This document shows, in pieces, positions 16,663-26,600 of a DNA stretch of 64,000 nucleotides. Position numbers and translations under genes: made by a program. The notes below the pieces were generated by a model, which did not search any database, was not told where the DNA came from, and saw only the letters and a program-made list of their open reading frames with translations. This stretch comes from Sphingomonas sp. Lineage in GTDB: Bacteria > Pseudomonadota > Alphaproteobacteria > Sphingomonadales > Sphingomonadaceae. The stretch spans positions 225,863 through 289,862 of the forward strand of contig NZ_CBDATN010000003.1 of NCBI RefSeq assembly GCF_965200105.1. The letters run 5' to 3'. How positions within the stretch are numbered: position 1 is the first letter of the stretch; each line of letters begins with the position of its first letter.

Positions 16663-16898
16663 GCGCGCACTTCCGCCCGCCCGTGGCGTCGGAGCAGTTC
16701 GGCACCGTCGAGCAGTTCGTCACCGCGACCACCGCGCCCGCCTGCCGCGGCGATCGCCTCTGCCGCTGCCGGACCTGCAAGCCGTCGCTCGTGGACGTCA
16801 TCAGCTGGCGCGATCGGCTCATCAATGCGGCGCTGTTCTCGGCCCCGGTGGCGATCCTCGCCGCCGACTTCGCCTACCTTGCTGGGCTGATCCGGTGA
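16659..16898 (+). CDS. Hypothetical early protein (C-terminal hydrophobic segment)
   Basis: GTGA overlaps at both ends. Confidence 0.55.
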   Translation: MSAHFRPPVASEQFGTVEQFVTATTAPACRGDRLCRCRTCKPSLVDVISWRDRLINAALFSAPVAILAADFAYLAGLIR

Positions 16899-17299
16899 CG
16901 GACGAGACGACCTTGCCTCGCCCCACCGGTGAATATGCGATCGTCGAGTGCCTCGGGCACCGCACGCTCGTCGGCCGCACCTCCGAGATCGAGCGCTTCG
17001 GCACAAAGATGCTGTCGATTGAGCCGATCTGGAAAGACGAGTTGCTTCCGCCCGTCTTGGTCGGCGGATCGTCGCTCTACGCATTCACGCCGTGCTCGGC
17101 AGAGGCCGCGTTCAAGCGCCAGGCGAAGAGCGACTACGACCTGCCGCTGAGCCTGCGCGCCACGCTGCCGGCGCCCGCCCTCCCTGCGCCGAACGACGAA
17201 GGCGGCGGGGGTCACGAGCCGGAGTTCTCGTCGAGCTTTCGCGACAGGAAGCTGCCTGGTGACGACGACAGCGAGATCGACAGCGAGATGCCGTTCTGA
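16895..17299 (+). CDS. Conserved hypothetical phage protein
   Basis: GTG start; EYAIVECLGHRTLVGRTSEIERFGTKMLSIE pattern typical of alphaproteobacterial phage proteins; acidic tail ending MPF. Confidence 0.7.
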   Translation: MTDETTLPRPTGEYAIVECLGHRTLVGRTSEIERFGTKMLSIEPIWKDELLPPVLVGGSSLYAFTPCSAEAAFKRQAKSDYDLPLSLRATLPAPALPAPNDEGGGGHEPEFSSSFRDRKLPGDDDSEIDSEMPF

Positions 17300-17673
17300 T
17301 GCTCCAGCACCGCATCGACACCCGCCCCCGCATCCGCAACGCCGGCCGTCCGGCGGAGAAGAGCGCGCCCGGGTTCCTCAAGTGGCTGCGCGAGCGGCCG
17401 TGCACGCTGGCCCGCCAGCCCGGGCACGAGTGCCGCGGCAAGGTCGTGGCCGCCCATGTCGATCACGCCGGGGGCAAGGGCGTCGGGACCAAGGTTGCCG
17501 ACAGGCACGCTATCCCGCTGTGCGACGGCGCGCATGAGGAGCAGCACCGGATCGGGTGGCGGTCGTTCGAGGCTCGCTACCGGCTCAATGCGGTGGAGCT
17601 GGCGGAGGCGTTCTGGCGGGCGTGGCCCGGCCGAGCGGCGTGGTGCCGCGCTCATCCTGAAATCGGAGCCTGA
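17299..17673 (+). CDS. DUF968-like putative HNH nuclease
   Basis: FLKWLRERPC...AAHV...GVGTKVAD..AIPLC..AHEEQH motifs. Confidence 0.75.
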   Translation: MLQHRIDTRPRIRNAGRPAEKSAPGFLKWLRERPCTLARQPGHECRGKVVAAHVDHAGGKGVGTKVADRHAIPLCDGAHEEQHRIGWRSFEARYRLNAVELAEAFWRAWPGRAAWCRAHPEIGA

Positions 17674-17675
17674 GC

Positions 17676-17912
17676 ATGAAGAACAAGCTAGCCGACCTGA
17701 ACAACCACCTCTTCGCGCAACTGGAGCGCCTCTCCGAGGAAGGGCTTACCGCCGAGCAGATCGAGCAGGAGTCCACCCGCGCCGACGCGATTGTCGCGCT
17801 ATCGGATCAGGTGCTTCGGAACGCCGACCTCCAGCTTAAGGCGGTGACGATCCTCGCCAATCACGGCGATCGCTTCATCCCGATGCTGCCCATGATCGGC
17901 AAGTCCGAGTGA
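17676..17912 (+). CDS. Conserved phage protein (partner of the downstream HNH gene)
   Basis: MKNKLADLNNHLFAQLERL...RADAIVALSDQV motif. Confidence 0.75.
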   Translation: MKNKLADLNNHLFAQLERLSEEGLTAEQIEQESTRADAIVALSDQVLRNADLQLKAVTILANHGDRFIPMLPMIGKSE

Positions 17913-18565
17913 AGGGGCATCGGATCAGGTACGGCGCGCACGAGGTGGCTTGGCTCGAAGCCAACCGCATGCTGCCGATCGGCAAGTATCATCTCGCCTT
18001 CTGCGAGGCGTTCGGCCGCACCGATGTGACGGCTGCGAACCTGCATGCCCTGCGCAAGCGCAAGGGTTGGCGAACCGGCCGCACCGGGCAGTTCGCGCCC
18101 GGCCAGGAGCCGGCGAACAAGGGCAAGCCAATGCCCTACCATCCGAACAGCGCGGCCACCCGCTTCAAGGCGGGCGAGCGGCGCGGCGTCGCGGTGCGGC
18201 TCTACAAGCCGATCGGCACCGAGCGGATGAGCAAGGACGGCTATTTGGAGCGGAAGATCAACGATGGCCTGCCGCTGCAATCGCGGTGGCGCGCGGTCCA
18301 CCTGGTACACTGGGAGGAGCTACACGGGCCGGTGCCCGCGGGGCATGCACTGAAGTGCCTCGACGGCGACCGGCTAAACACCGATCCCGCAAACTGGGAA
18401 GCGATCCCGCGCGGCGTGCTGGCGCGGCTGAACGGTGGGCGCTTCAAGAAGCGGCTCGCCTACGATGCCGCGCACCCTGAGCTGAAGCCGACCGTCATGG
18501 CAATCGCCAAGCTTCAGCATGGTGCGCACGAGGGCCGGAAGCGGCGGGCCCAGGTGCCGGCATGA
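17909..18565 (+). CDS. HNH endonuclease (HNH_3 type)
   Basis: GQFAPGQEPANKGK, KPIGTER...DGYLERK and HLVHWEELHGPVP...LDGDRLNTDPANW. Confidence 0.85.
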   Translation: MKGHRIRYGAHEVAWLEANRMLPIGKYHLAFCEAFGRTDVTAANLHALRKRKGWRTGRTGQFAPGQEPANKGKPMPYHPNSAATRFKAGERRGVAVRLYKPIGTERMSKDGYLERKINDGLPLQSRWRAVHLVHWEELHGPVPAGHALKCLDGDRLNTDPANWEAIPRGVLARLNGGRFKKRLAYDAAHPELKPTVMAIAKLQHGAHEGRKRRAQVPA

Positions 18566-19212
18566 CCAAGCGCCACGTCCTCGACGCCGCCGGCAACGCC
18601 ATGCCGTACACCACGCCGACCGAGGTCGCCGAGGCGACTTTCGAGGCGGTCCGCGCGCGGCGACAGCCGATGCGCAACGGCGTCCCCGACCCGCGTGCGG
18701 CGTGGAAGCCGACGGTCGACCACAACACGCTCGCGGCCATGCTGCGCCGGATGCTCGCCGACGATCTCGCTGCGGCGGGCCCGGAGACCACGCGCCGCGA
18801 CGTCGCGCAGATCCTGCTCGACAACATCGACGAGCGCTTCCCGCCGGCCGACATGGCGGTGCTGAAGCGTTACGGGATGACGAGCCCCTACTCGACCGTC
18901 CACGTCGGCGCCGAGGCCGTGCGGCTTCCCGTCACGCGCGAGCTGCCGGCACCGCAGGCGCGGCTCTACCCGGTGCAGTTCACGATGGCGCCGATCAGCG
19001 CGCACGATCGCGCGGCGCCGACGCCCGCCGCCGCTCGGTTCATGTTCGAGGCGATCGACGCCGCGCGTCGGACGATCGAGCAGGAGAGGCTGGACGGCAA
19101 CATGATCCCGGCGCGGCTGCGCGGCCAACTCGGGCGCCAGCCGACGTGGCGCGAGATCGGGGTCGCCATGCCGCGCCTCGGCGAGTGGATGGCGAGGCAG
19201 AGGGCGGCATGA
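18562..19212 (+). CDS. Hypothetical phage protein
   Basis: ATGA-coupled to the upstream gene; normal codon usage. Confidence 0.6.
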   Translation: MTKRHVLDAAGNAMPYTTPTEVAEATFEAVRARRQPMRNGVPDPRAAWKPTVDHNTLAAMLRRMLADDLAAAGPETTRRDVAQILLDNIDERFPPADMAVLKRYGMTSPYSTVHVGAEAVRLPVTRELPAPQARLYPVQFTMAPISAHDRAAPTPAAARFMFEAIDAARRTIEQERLDGNMIPARLRGQLGRQPTWREIGVAMPRLGEWMARQRAA

Positions 19213-19214
19213 TG

Positions 19215-19475
19215 CTACGCGCGGAAGCCCTTGTGAAAAGGGTAGGTCTCAAGGCTGGCGAGACGCTCAGCCTCTTCCGACTTAATGTCGCCATCTGCGG
19301 TGACGCAGCGGATGCTGGCCTGCTCACGCAGGCGGGGCTCCAGTTCAACCAGCAGGCATCGCACGGCCGTCGCGAGCGTGCCCTCGTGCCATCGCTTCGG
19401 ACCGGTCATGTCGCCCGCGACCGGAGGATCGATCCACAGCACCGCCTCGTCATCCCAGCTCGGGTTCGCTTCCAT
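19215..19475 (-). CDS. 86-aa protein antisense to the early operon
   Basis: MEANPSWDDEAVLWIDPP...ETYPFHKGFRA. Third codon positions are G/C-rich on this strand, not in the plus-strand shadow frame. Confidence 0.6.
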   Translation of the reverse strand: MEANPSWDDEAVLWIDPPVAGDMTGPKRWHEGTLATAVRCLLVELEPRLREQASIRCVTADGDIKSEEAERLASLETYPFHKGFRA

Positions 19476-19557
19476 GACTGATCGCCCCACCATCTTTTCG
19501 GGGCCGATGGTGCGCGCCCTGCTCGCGGGCCGCAAGCGATGGGAGCGCACGGCATGA
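19474..19557 (+). pseudogene. Truncated ASCH-like phage gene relic (27 codons)
   Basis: MTDRPTIFSGPMVRALLAGRK matches the N-terminus of the common phage MTDRPILFSAPMVRA..GRKTQTRR family, then stops. Confidence 0.6.
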
Positions 19558-19991
19558 GGCCGGCCGCCGCGCAGCTTCGCGAGATGCGACGACTCAACAT
19601 GTCCTACCCTGCGCACCTCACCCCAGTGCCCCGCGCGGAGTGGCCGCGCGATCCTGCCGAGTTTCAGGGCGGCGCGCCGCGCGTCGGCCTGTACCGCTCG
19701 CGGACGCACTTGGTGCAGGTGTTCGCTGAGCCGGGCGGCGTGCTCCGCCTGTCGGTGAACCGCACCGAATGGGACGAGCGCCGGCGGCGCTTCCGCGAGG
19801 ACATTTCGTGGGACGATCTCCAGCGCCTAAAAGCGGAGGTCGGCTACCCGGATTGCGCGGCGGTGGAGGTCTACCCGCCCGCCATGCGCGTCGTGAACGT
19901 CGCGAATATGCGACACCTGTGGGTGCTGCCGGACGCAGCGATCCTGCCGTTCATGTGGGACGGCGTTCAGAGCCGGAAGGTGGTCGCATGA
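19554..19991 (+). CDS. Conserved hypothetical phage protein
   Basis: RLSV...ISWDDLQRLKAEVGY....AVEVYPP...VVNVANMRHLWVL motif; ATGA-coupled. Confidence 0.7.
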   Translation: MRPAAAQLREMRRLNMSYPAHLTPVPRAEWPRDPAEFQGGAPRVGLYRSRTHLVQVFAEPGGVLRLSVNRTEWDERRRRFREDISWDDLQRLKAEVGYPDCAAVEVYPPAMRVVNVANMRHLWVLPDAAILPFMWDGVQSRKVVA

Positions 19992-20242
19992 TCCCCGCGC
20001 GCGTTAGCGGCTGCACCCGGGTGCTCGGTGCCCCGCCGGGGTGGACGCCCGAGACCAGCGGTCCCTGCCAAGGCCTGCCGATCCGTGACGAGATGAACGG
20101 CGACATGCCGGCGATGGTGTCGGCCTGGGAGCCGACGCCGGCCGAGCTCGCCGCGATCGCCGCTGGCGCGAAGATCGAGTTGCGCGTGCTGAGCGGCGGC
20201 CATCCGCCAGTGTGGGTAGGTGTAGGAGAGGTGCCGACATGA
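19988..20242 (+). CDS. Conserved hypothetical phage protein
   Basis: LGAPPGW...C..LPIRD...MVSAWEPTPAELAAIAAGA...HPPV; ATGA-coupled. Confidence 0.65.
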   Translation: MIPARVSGCTRVLGAPPGWTPETSGPCQGLPIRDEMNGDMPAMVSAWEPTPAELAAIAAGAKIELRVLSGGHPPVWVGVGEVPT

Positions 20243-20484
20243 GCGCCGCCGAGAAGCTCGACGAGCGCCTCCCGTTCTGGCCTGTCGCAATGGCCCGGCC
20301 GATGGCGCTCGCCTACACCGGCGTCAGCGAAGCGCAGATGCGTGCATGGGAGAAGACTGGGCTCGTCCATTTCCGCACGCGCGGTCCACACGGCGCCGCG
20401 ATCGTCCAGCGTGCCGAACTCGACATGGCGGTCGCGGACCTCTTCTCGCGCGATCTCTCCGAGGATCTCGACTTTGGCGACTGA
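20239..20484 (+). CDS. Putative excisionase (winged-HTH)
   Basis: MARPMALAYTGVSEAQMRAWEKTG HTH; immediately upstream of and overlapping the integrase. Confidence 0.65.
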   Translation: MSAAEKLDERLPFWPVAMARPMALAYTGVSEAQMRAWEKTGLVHFRTRGPHGAAIVQRAELDMAVADLFSRDLSEDLDFGD

Positions 20485-21742
20485 GCGCCTCCCGTCCTAC
20501 GTGAACGTGCGGCGCCTCGCCGGCGGCAAGCGGGCCTATTACTGGATCCGCCCGGCCTGGGCGGACCCGCGGCTCGCCGACGCCAAGGATGAGAAAGTCC
20601 GCGCCCGCGCTGTCCGCCATGGCCGCACATGCCCGGTCATCTCCACCGCGCTCGGCACCGAGCTGTCCGCCGCGATCGCCAAGGCCGACGTCCTCAACGC
20701 CACCTTCGCCGAGTGGCGGGAGGGCTCGCCGGAGAAGCCGACCACCGGCACGATCCGCTGGCTGTTCGACTGGTATCGGCGCCACGAGCGCTTCACCGGC
20801 CTACGGCACGCCAGCCGCGCCGGCTACCGGATCGCGATGGATGCGGTCGACGCGATCGAGATGCGCACCGGCACCTTCGGCCTGCGCCAGGCGGCCGCCG
20901 TCGACGCTGCCGCAGCGGATACCCTCTACCGCAAGGCGCGCGAGAAACACGGCGAGCGCCAGGGCGCCTACATGATGCAGGTCTGCCGCCTCGTGTGGAA
21001 CCAGGCCGTCCGCTACGGCAAGGCCACCGGCGTCAAGGCGAACCCGTTCTCGGGCATGGGGATCAAGGCGAGTTCGGGCGCCGGTCGCGGCAACCGCGCG
21101 GCGACACGCGCGGAGTACGACGCGTACCGGGCGAAGGCGCGCGAGCTGGGCCGGCAGAGCATGGCGACCGCGGCGGCGCTGTGCTTCGAGGGCTGTCAGC
21201 GCGTGACGGACGCCTTCGGCTTCGTCGATCCCGACGGCCACGAGCGCGGCATCCGGTGGAGTGGCTACCGCCCCGGCGGCGAGCTGCGGCTGATTCAGTC
21301 CAAGACGGGCAACGCCGTCGAGATACCGCTCACCGACACGATCGGCGGCGAGGTCGTCGCGCTCTACCCGGAGCTGGAGGAGGAGATGGCGCGCACCGAC
21401 CGGCCGGACGATCCGGAGGCGATGATCGTCCGCGATGAGCGCACGGGGCAGCCCTACACCAGCGGCTACGCGAAGACGCTGCACCGGCGCATCCGCGATG
21501 CCGCCGGCCTACCGAAGGATCTGCGCTTCACAAGCTTCCGGCATGGCGGGCTGACCGAGATCGGAGACAGCGGCGAGGCCGACGTGCGCGCGATCAGCGG
21601 ACACAGCACGCTTGAGGTCACGCGGATCTACAACAAGGCGAACACCGAGAAGGCGAAGCGGATCGCGGCCGCGCGGCGCGAGCATATCGGGCGGCTGACT
21701 GCGGGCGCAGAAGAGGCTGCGGAGGCCGAGCCGGCCTTATGA
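20474..21742 (+). CDS. Tyrosine recombinase/integrase
   Basis: TTG start (LATERLPSYVNVRR). Catalytic-type residues: CQR, QSKT, TSFRH, SGH and RIY. Adjacent to att. Confidence 0.9.
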   Translation: MATERLPSYVNVRRLAGGKRAYYWIRPAWADPRLADAKDEKVRARAVRHGRTCPVISTALGTELSAAIAKADVLNATFAEWREGSPEKPTTGTIRWLFDWYRRHERFTGLRHASRAGYRIAMDAVDAIEMRTGTFGLRQAAAVDAAAADTLYRKAREKHGERQGAYMMQVCRLVWNQAVRYGKATGVKANPFSGMGIKASSGAGRGNRAATRAEYDAYRAKARELGRQSMATAAALCFEGCQRVTDAFGFVDPDGHERGIRWSGYRPGGELRLIQSKTGNAVEIPLTDTIGGEVVALYPELEEEMARTDRPDDPEAMIVRDERTGQPYTSGYAKTLHRRIRDAAGLPKDLRFTSFRHGGLTEIGDSGEADVRAISGHSTLEVTRIYNKANTEKAKRIAAARREHIGRLTAGAEEAAEAEPAL

Positions 21743-21824
21743 CTTTTCTCGCTTCAACGCAGATACCCGTGTGGGACAGAAGCAAGAACCTGTAGGAAGG
21801 ACCGTTGAAAAGTGGATATTTCTT

Positions 21825-21874
21825 CTCGACTGTTAATCGAGTTGTCGCAGGTTCGAATCCTGCCCGGGGAGCCA
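21825..21874 (+). tRNA. 3' half of tRNA-Asn(GTT), prophage att site (not a complete tRNA)
   Basis: CTCGA-CTGTTAA-TCGAG anticodon arm, GCAGG-TTCGAAT-CCTGC T arm, CCGGGGA-G-CCA end. No D-arm or 5' acceptor strand upstream. Confidence 0.9.
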
Positions 21875-22327
21875 GCCGGCTCCCGCCATCGTCCGCAGGC
21901 CGCCCGGCCGGCATCCCGACAAGCGTCCTGACCTGCACGGCTTGCTCCGAAACGCCGGACCGGGCGCTCGCGACCTCGGACGTCGGGACGGATCGACTCG
22001 ACGCGCCAACCGGCGGAGGTCAGCTGCGGCCGCTGACACACGCTTCGGGCTGCCGCGGGATCAATCCTTGAATCCGGATGATCCCCGACGCTGGCGTCGC
22101 TTAGCATCGAGGCGTCACCGGACGGTTTCGCGTCTGGCCATCCAGTTTGGAGATCGGGTGCGTTTGGCCGCGACCATCCGAACTGCTTCGCTTAGGCAGC
22201 GAACGACACGCTCGCCACGATCGAGGCGCGGGAACGCGGTCGCGCCCGTCCGGCGGGTAACGTCATGCGGGGAGCGCGACCACACTCATATCGGCCGCCC
22301 CCACGCACACCACCCGTTCCCGCCACA

Positions 22328-22720
22328 TCAGCCCGGAAGCGGTCCCGCGACGTGGTAGCCGCAGATCTTGTTGCCATCGAGGTCGCGGAAGTAGCCGAAG
22401 GAGAGAGGAGAAGCCTCGCCGCCGCGCTTGGCGGGCGCTCCCTCGTCGGTGGCGCCCAGCTCCAGCGCGTGCGCGTGAAAGGTCGCGAGCGCCTCCGGGC
22501 TGTCCATCTGAAAGCCGATCGTCACGCCGTTGCCGACGCTCGCGGTGCCGCCGTCGTAGGCGGCAAGCACACCGAACGCACTCTTGCCAAACCCGCCATA
22601 GAGGCGCCCGCCGGATGGATGATCGAACATCTTCGTCATGCCCACTGGCGCGAGTAGCGCGTCATAGAATTCCTTGGCCCTCTCGAGGTCGTTCGATCCC
22701 ACGGTCGCGTAGTTCAGCAT
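22328..22720 (-). CDS. VOC/glyoxalase family protein
   Basis: MLNYATVGSNDLERAKEFYDALL...GATDEGAP...YFRDLDGNKI. Confidence 0.88.
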   Translation of the reverse strand: MLNYATVGSNDLERAKEFYDALLAPVGMTKMFDHPSGGRLYGGFGKSAFGVLAAYDGGTASVGNGVTIGFQMDSPEALATFHAHALELGATDEGAPAKRGGEASPLSFGYFRDLDGNKICGYHVAGPLPG

Positions 22721-23270
22721 CGCTTCCTCCGTCCGCCTTGCGGAGAAGCCGTAGCCGAGGATCGCGCAACAGGCTACGGCTTCAGGCTGGAGGAAGACGC
22801 CAGCCGCTCGCATGTCCACCGCGCCGATCTCGCGCGCTGGATCGCCGCGCCACGGTAGAGCCGGCGCGGGCGCGAACGGCGATGTTGAGGGCGAGGTCGA
22901 TCGCGGCCGCGTCGCGTCCAGCCGGTAGGCGTGGCGGGCGCCTCCTCGGAACGATCCCGTTACCATTGTGATGCCTGGGCCGTGGGCCAATTCGTTTCCC
23001 GGCGCCCCTCCCCGCTTCTCGGCCCCGCCGTCAGCCTCGGTCCGGAAGGGCCCTTTCCTGGAACTGATGGGCTGGGGAACCTTGTAGGAAGCGCGGCTTG
23101 TGCAGTTCGGGTGGCGCGGATGGGAGCCCTTGCGCGACGCCTACCGCCCCGCTGCGCCGCTCCCGACTGGACGCTGGCGCGGCGGGGATTGGTTGGCGAG
23201 GCTGCTGGGCGAACCAACGAGTGTTCCTGAGCCGCGACGGCCGGTGCAGACCAGCCGGATATCGCTCGCC

Positions 23271-23588
23271 TCAGCTCCGGACCCCGGCGCGCCGCAGCTC
23301 GGGCTTGAGCCGACCGGTAAGCCAGCGTCCGTACATCCGGAAATCCGAGACGAGCGACAAGAAGGGGTGGCGAAACGTCGCCGGGCGGTTCCGCTCGATC
23401 GCGAGATGCGCGATCCACGCGAACAGATACCCGGCGACCGGGGTCGCCCAGAACAGCCAGGTGCCGCCCGTCACGAAGCCCGCCGCGAGGCAGGCGATCA
23501 CCAGCGTCGTCCCGACATAGTGGAGCGCGCGCGTCGCCGGCCGGCCATGCTCGCGCAGGTAGAACAGCCAGAACTCGTCCCCGCTCAC
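23271..23588 (-). CDS. DUF962 (Mpo1-like) membrane protein
   Basis: [27 protein letters not shown]...ERNRPATF and SLVSDFRM. Confidence 0.85.
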   Translation of the reverse strand: MSGDEFWLFYLREHGRPATRALHYVGTTLVIACLAAGFVTGGTWLFWATPVAGYLFAWIAHLAIERNRPATFRHPFLSLVSDFRMYGRWLTGRLKPELRRAGVRS

Positions 23589-23609
23589 GCGATCCTCCTA
23601 TCCCCGCCC

Positions 23610-26600
23610 TCAGCCGACCAACGCCAGCGCGACCAACGGCGCGAGCCGCGCGGAGGCGATGCCGGGCAGCCGCTCGATCCGCGCGACGATCTCCGCGTCG
23701 ATCATGAAGTCGCGCCCGGCCAGCACCTCGGCACCCGATCCGGCATGGACGTGCAGCTCGCCGCGCCCACCCCGACATCCCCCGAGCATCGCCGCGAGCG
23801 CGTGGACCGCGGACGCCTCCTCGCACGCGACGTCGAGCCGCAGCCGGGTCGCCATCGTCATGCCCTCCAGCGGGCGGATGGCGCGCACCGTCACGCGCGG
23901 CTGCTCGTCCTCGCCCCGCCGATCGAGCTCGACCGTCAGCAGGCCGCAGCCGCCGACGCGCGCCGCCTCCTCCAGCTTGGCGGACACCTCGTCGTCGAAG
24001 CAGCTCGCCATATACTGGCCCGACGCGTCCGAGCAGGTGGCGAGCAGGTAGCGCCGGCCCTTCGCCGAGGTGCGCCAGCGCGCCTCCTCGACCAGCGCGG
24101 TCATCGCGCAGGTGGGCGCGGGCGCGCGGCGGCCGCGCTCGTCGGGCGGCGGTGCCGCGGGCAGCGGCTGCGCGCACCACTCGCTCCACGTCCGCGCGCC
24201 GTGCGCCTGCGCGATGTGGCGATAGCGATCGGTCGGGTGCGCGGAGAAGTAGAAGCCGAACGCCTCCTTCTCCGCCGCCATCGTCTCGGCGAGCGACCAG
24301 TGCGCGTCGCCCAGGCGGATCGGCGCGACGCCTCCTCCTTCGCCCCCGAACAGGCCGCCCTGCCCGCTCGTCCGCGCGGCCTCCGCGCTCGCCGCGTGCG
24401 CGAGGATCGTCTCCGCGGCGGCGTGGACGCGCGCGCGCTCGGGCACCAGCGGCGCGAACGCGCCGGCGGCGGCCAGGCTCTCGATCTGGCGGCGGTTGAG
24501 CGTCCGCGCGTCGATCCGATCGGCGAAGTCCTCGATGCTGCGAAAGGCCCCGCGCGCCGCGCGGTCGGCGACCAGCTCCGCCATCGCGCGCTCGCCCACG
24601 CCCTTCAGCGCGCCGAGCGCGTAGCGGACGGCGAGGCCGCCGCCATGCGCCTCGACCGTGAAGTCGGCGGCGCTCTCCGCGATCGACGGCGGCAGGCAGG
24701 TGACGCCCATCCGCCGCATGTCGTCGGCGAAGACGCAGAGCTTGTCCGTCTGCCCGACGTCGAAGCACATCGAGGCGGCGTAGAACTCGTGCGGGTGGTG
24801 CGCCTTCAGCCACGCCGTCTGATAGGTGAGCAGCGCGTAGGCCGCCGCGTGGCTCTTGTTGAAGCCGTAGCCCGCGAACTTGTCGATGAGGTCGAACAGC
24901 GAATTGGCCTGGGCGGCGGGAATGGCGTTGGCCCTGGCGCAACCCTCCACGAAGGTGGCGCGCTGCGCATCCATCTCCGCCTTGATCTTCTTGCCCATCG
25001 CGCGCCTGAGCAGGTCGGCGCCGCCCAGCGTGTAGCCGGCGAGCACCTGCGCCGCCTGCATCACCTGTTCCTGATAGACGAAGATGCCGTAGGTCTCGGC
25101 GAGAATGCCTTTCAGCAGCGGGTGCGGATACTCGATCGGCGCCTGCCCGTTCTTGCGCTGGCCGAACAGCGGGATGTTGTCCATCGGCCCTGGCCGGTAG
25201 AGCGCGCCGAGCGCGATGATGTCCTCGAACACTGTCGGCTTCACCGCCGACAGCGTGCGGCGCATGCCCTCCGACTCGACCTGGAACACGCCCACCGTGT
25301 TGCCCGATTGGAGCAGCGCGTAGGTCTTCCCGTCGTCCCACGGCAGGCCCGCGAGATCGATCTCGATCCCCCTCGCGCGGAGCATCTCCACCGCGCGATG
25401 GAGCACCGACAGCGTCTTGAGGCCCAGAAAGTCGAACTTCACCAACCCCGCATCCTCGACATGCTTCATGTCGAACTGAGTGACGGGCATGTCCGATCGC
25501 GGATCGCGGTAGAGCGGCACGAGCTTGTCGAGCGCGCGGTCGCCGATCACGACGCCGGCGGCGTGGGTGGACGAGTGGCGCGGCAGGCCCTCCAGCTTCA
25601 TGGCGAGGTCGAACAGCCGCTTCACCTGCGGCTCGCGCCTCACCTCCTGCGCGAGCTCCGCCACGCCGTCCAGCGCGCGCTTGAGCGTCCACGGATCGGT
25701 CGGGTGGTTGGGCACCAGCTTGGCCAGCCGATCGACCTGCCCGTAGCTCATCTGGAGCACGCGGCCGGTATCCTTCAGCACCGCGCGCGCCTTCAGCCGC
25801 CCGAAGGTGATGATCTGCGCCACCTGCGCGCGGCCGTACTTGGCCTGGACGTAGCGGATCACCTCCTCGCGCCGCGTCTCGCAGAAATCGATGTCGAAGT
25901 CCGGCATCGACACGCGCTCGGGGTTGAGGAAACGCTCGAACAGCAGGCCGAGCCGTAGCGGGTCGAGATCGGTGATGGTGAGCGCCCAGGCGACCACCGA
26001 TCCCGCGCCCGAACCGCGGCCGGGGCCGACCGGAATATCCTGCTCCTTCGCCCACTTGATGAAATCGGCGACGATCAGGAAATAGCCGGGGAAGCCCATC
26101 TGGACGATGACGTCCGTCTCGAAGTCCAGCCGCTCGAAATAGGGCGCGAACGCCTCCTCGATCGTCTTTTCGGCGTCGCGCGGATAGCGTTGCAGCCGCG
26201 CGATCAGGCCGGCGTGCGCGTCGCGCCGCAGCGCCGCCGCCTCGCCCTCGCGGTCGCCGGCCAGGCTGGGCAGGATGGGCTTGCGCTTGGGCGCGGCGAA
26301 GGCGGTGCGCTGGGCAACGACGGCGGTGTTGGCGATCGCCTCGGGCAGGTCGGCGAACAGGCGCGCCATCTCGTCGGCGGGCTTGAGCCAGTCCTCGGGG
26401 CAGGAGCGGCGCCGCTCCTCGCTCTCGACATAGGCGGAGCCGGCGATGCACAGCATGGCATCGTGCGCGGCATGGAAATGCGGCTCCGCGAAGCAGGCCG
26501 GGTTGGTGGCGACGAGCGGCAGGTCGGCCGCGTAGGCATGCTCGACGAGCGCCGCCTCGGCCGCCTCCTCGATCGCGTCGCCGCGCCGCGCGAGCTCGAC

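Larger units (their letters stand above)
1..21874. mobile_element. Lambdoid prophage (right-hand part; continues left of the window)
   Basis: Capsid, protease, portal, terminase, HNH, replication, cro/cI and xis-int in canonical lambdoid order, ending at a tRNA-Asn 3' fragment followed by host genes. Confidence 0.95.

Noticed and set aside
21781-21874. Complete tRNA-Asn gene
   Set aside because: The sequence 5' of the anticodon stem (GGATATTTCTT) cannot form a D-arm or pair with the acceptor 3' strand; only the 3' half is present.
1-21874. Recognisable anti-phage defence, retron, DGR or toxin-antitoxin systems
   Set aside because: No reverse transcriptase, TIR/SIR2, CBASS, restriction-modification or known TA motifs were recognisable. 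Cargo genes remain unassigned rather than positively identified.
22950-23270. SRP/6S/tmRNA in the VOC-DUF962 intergenic region
   Set aside because: GGTCCGGAAGG resembles part of SRP RNA, but the GCAGC partner is missing and no tmRNA or RNase P hallmarks are present. Only a plain 12-bp stem (23147-23187) is evident.
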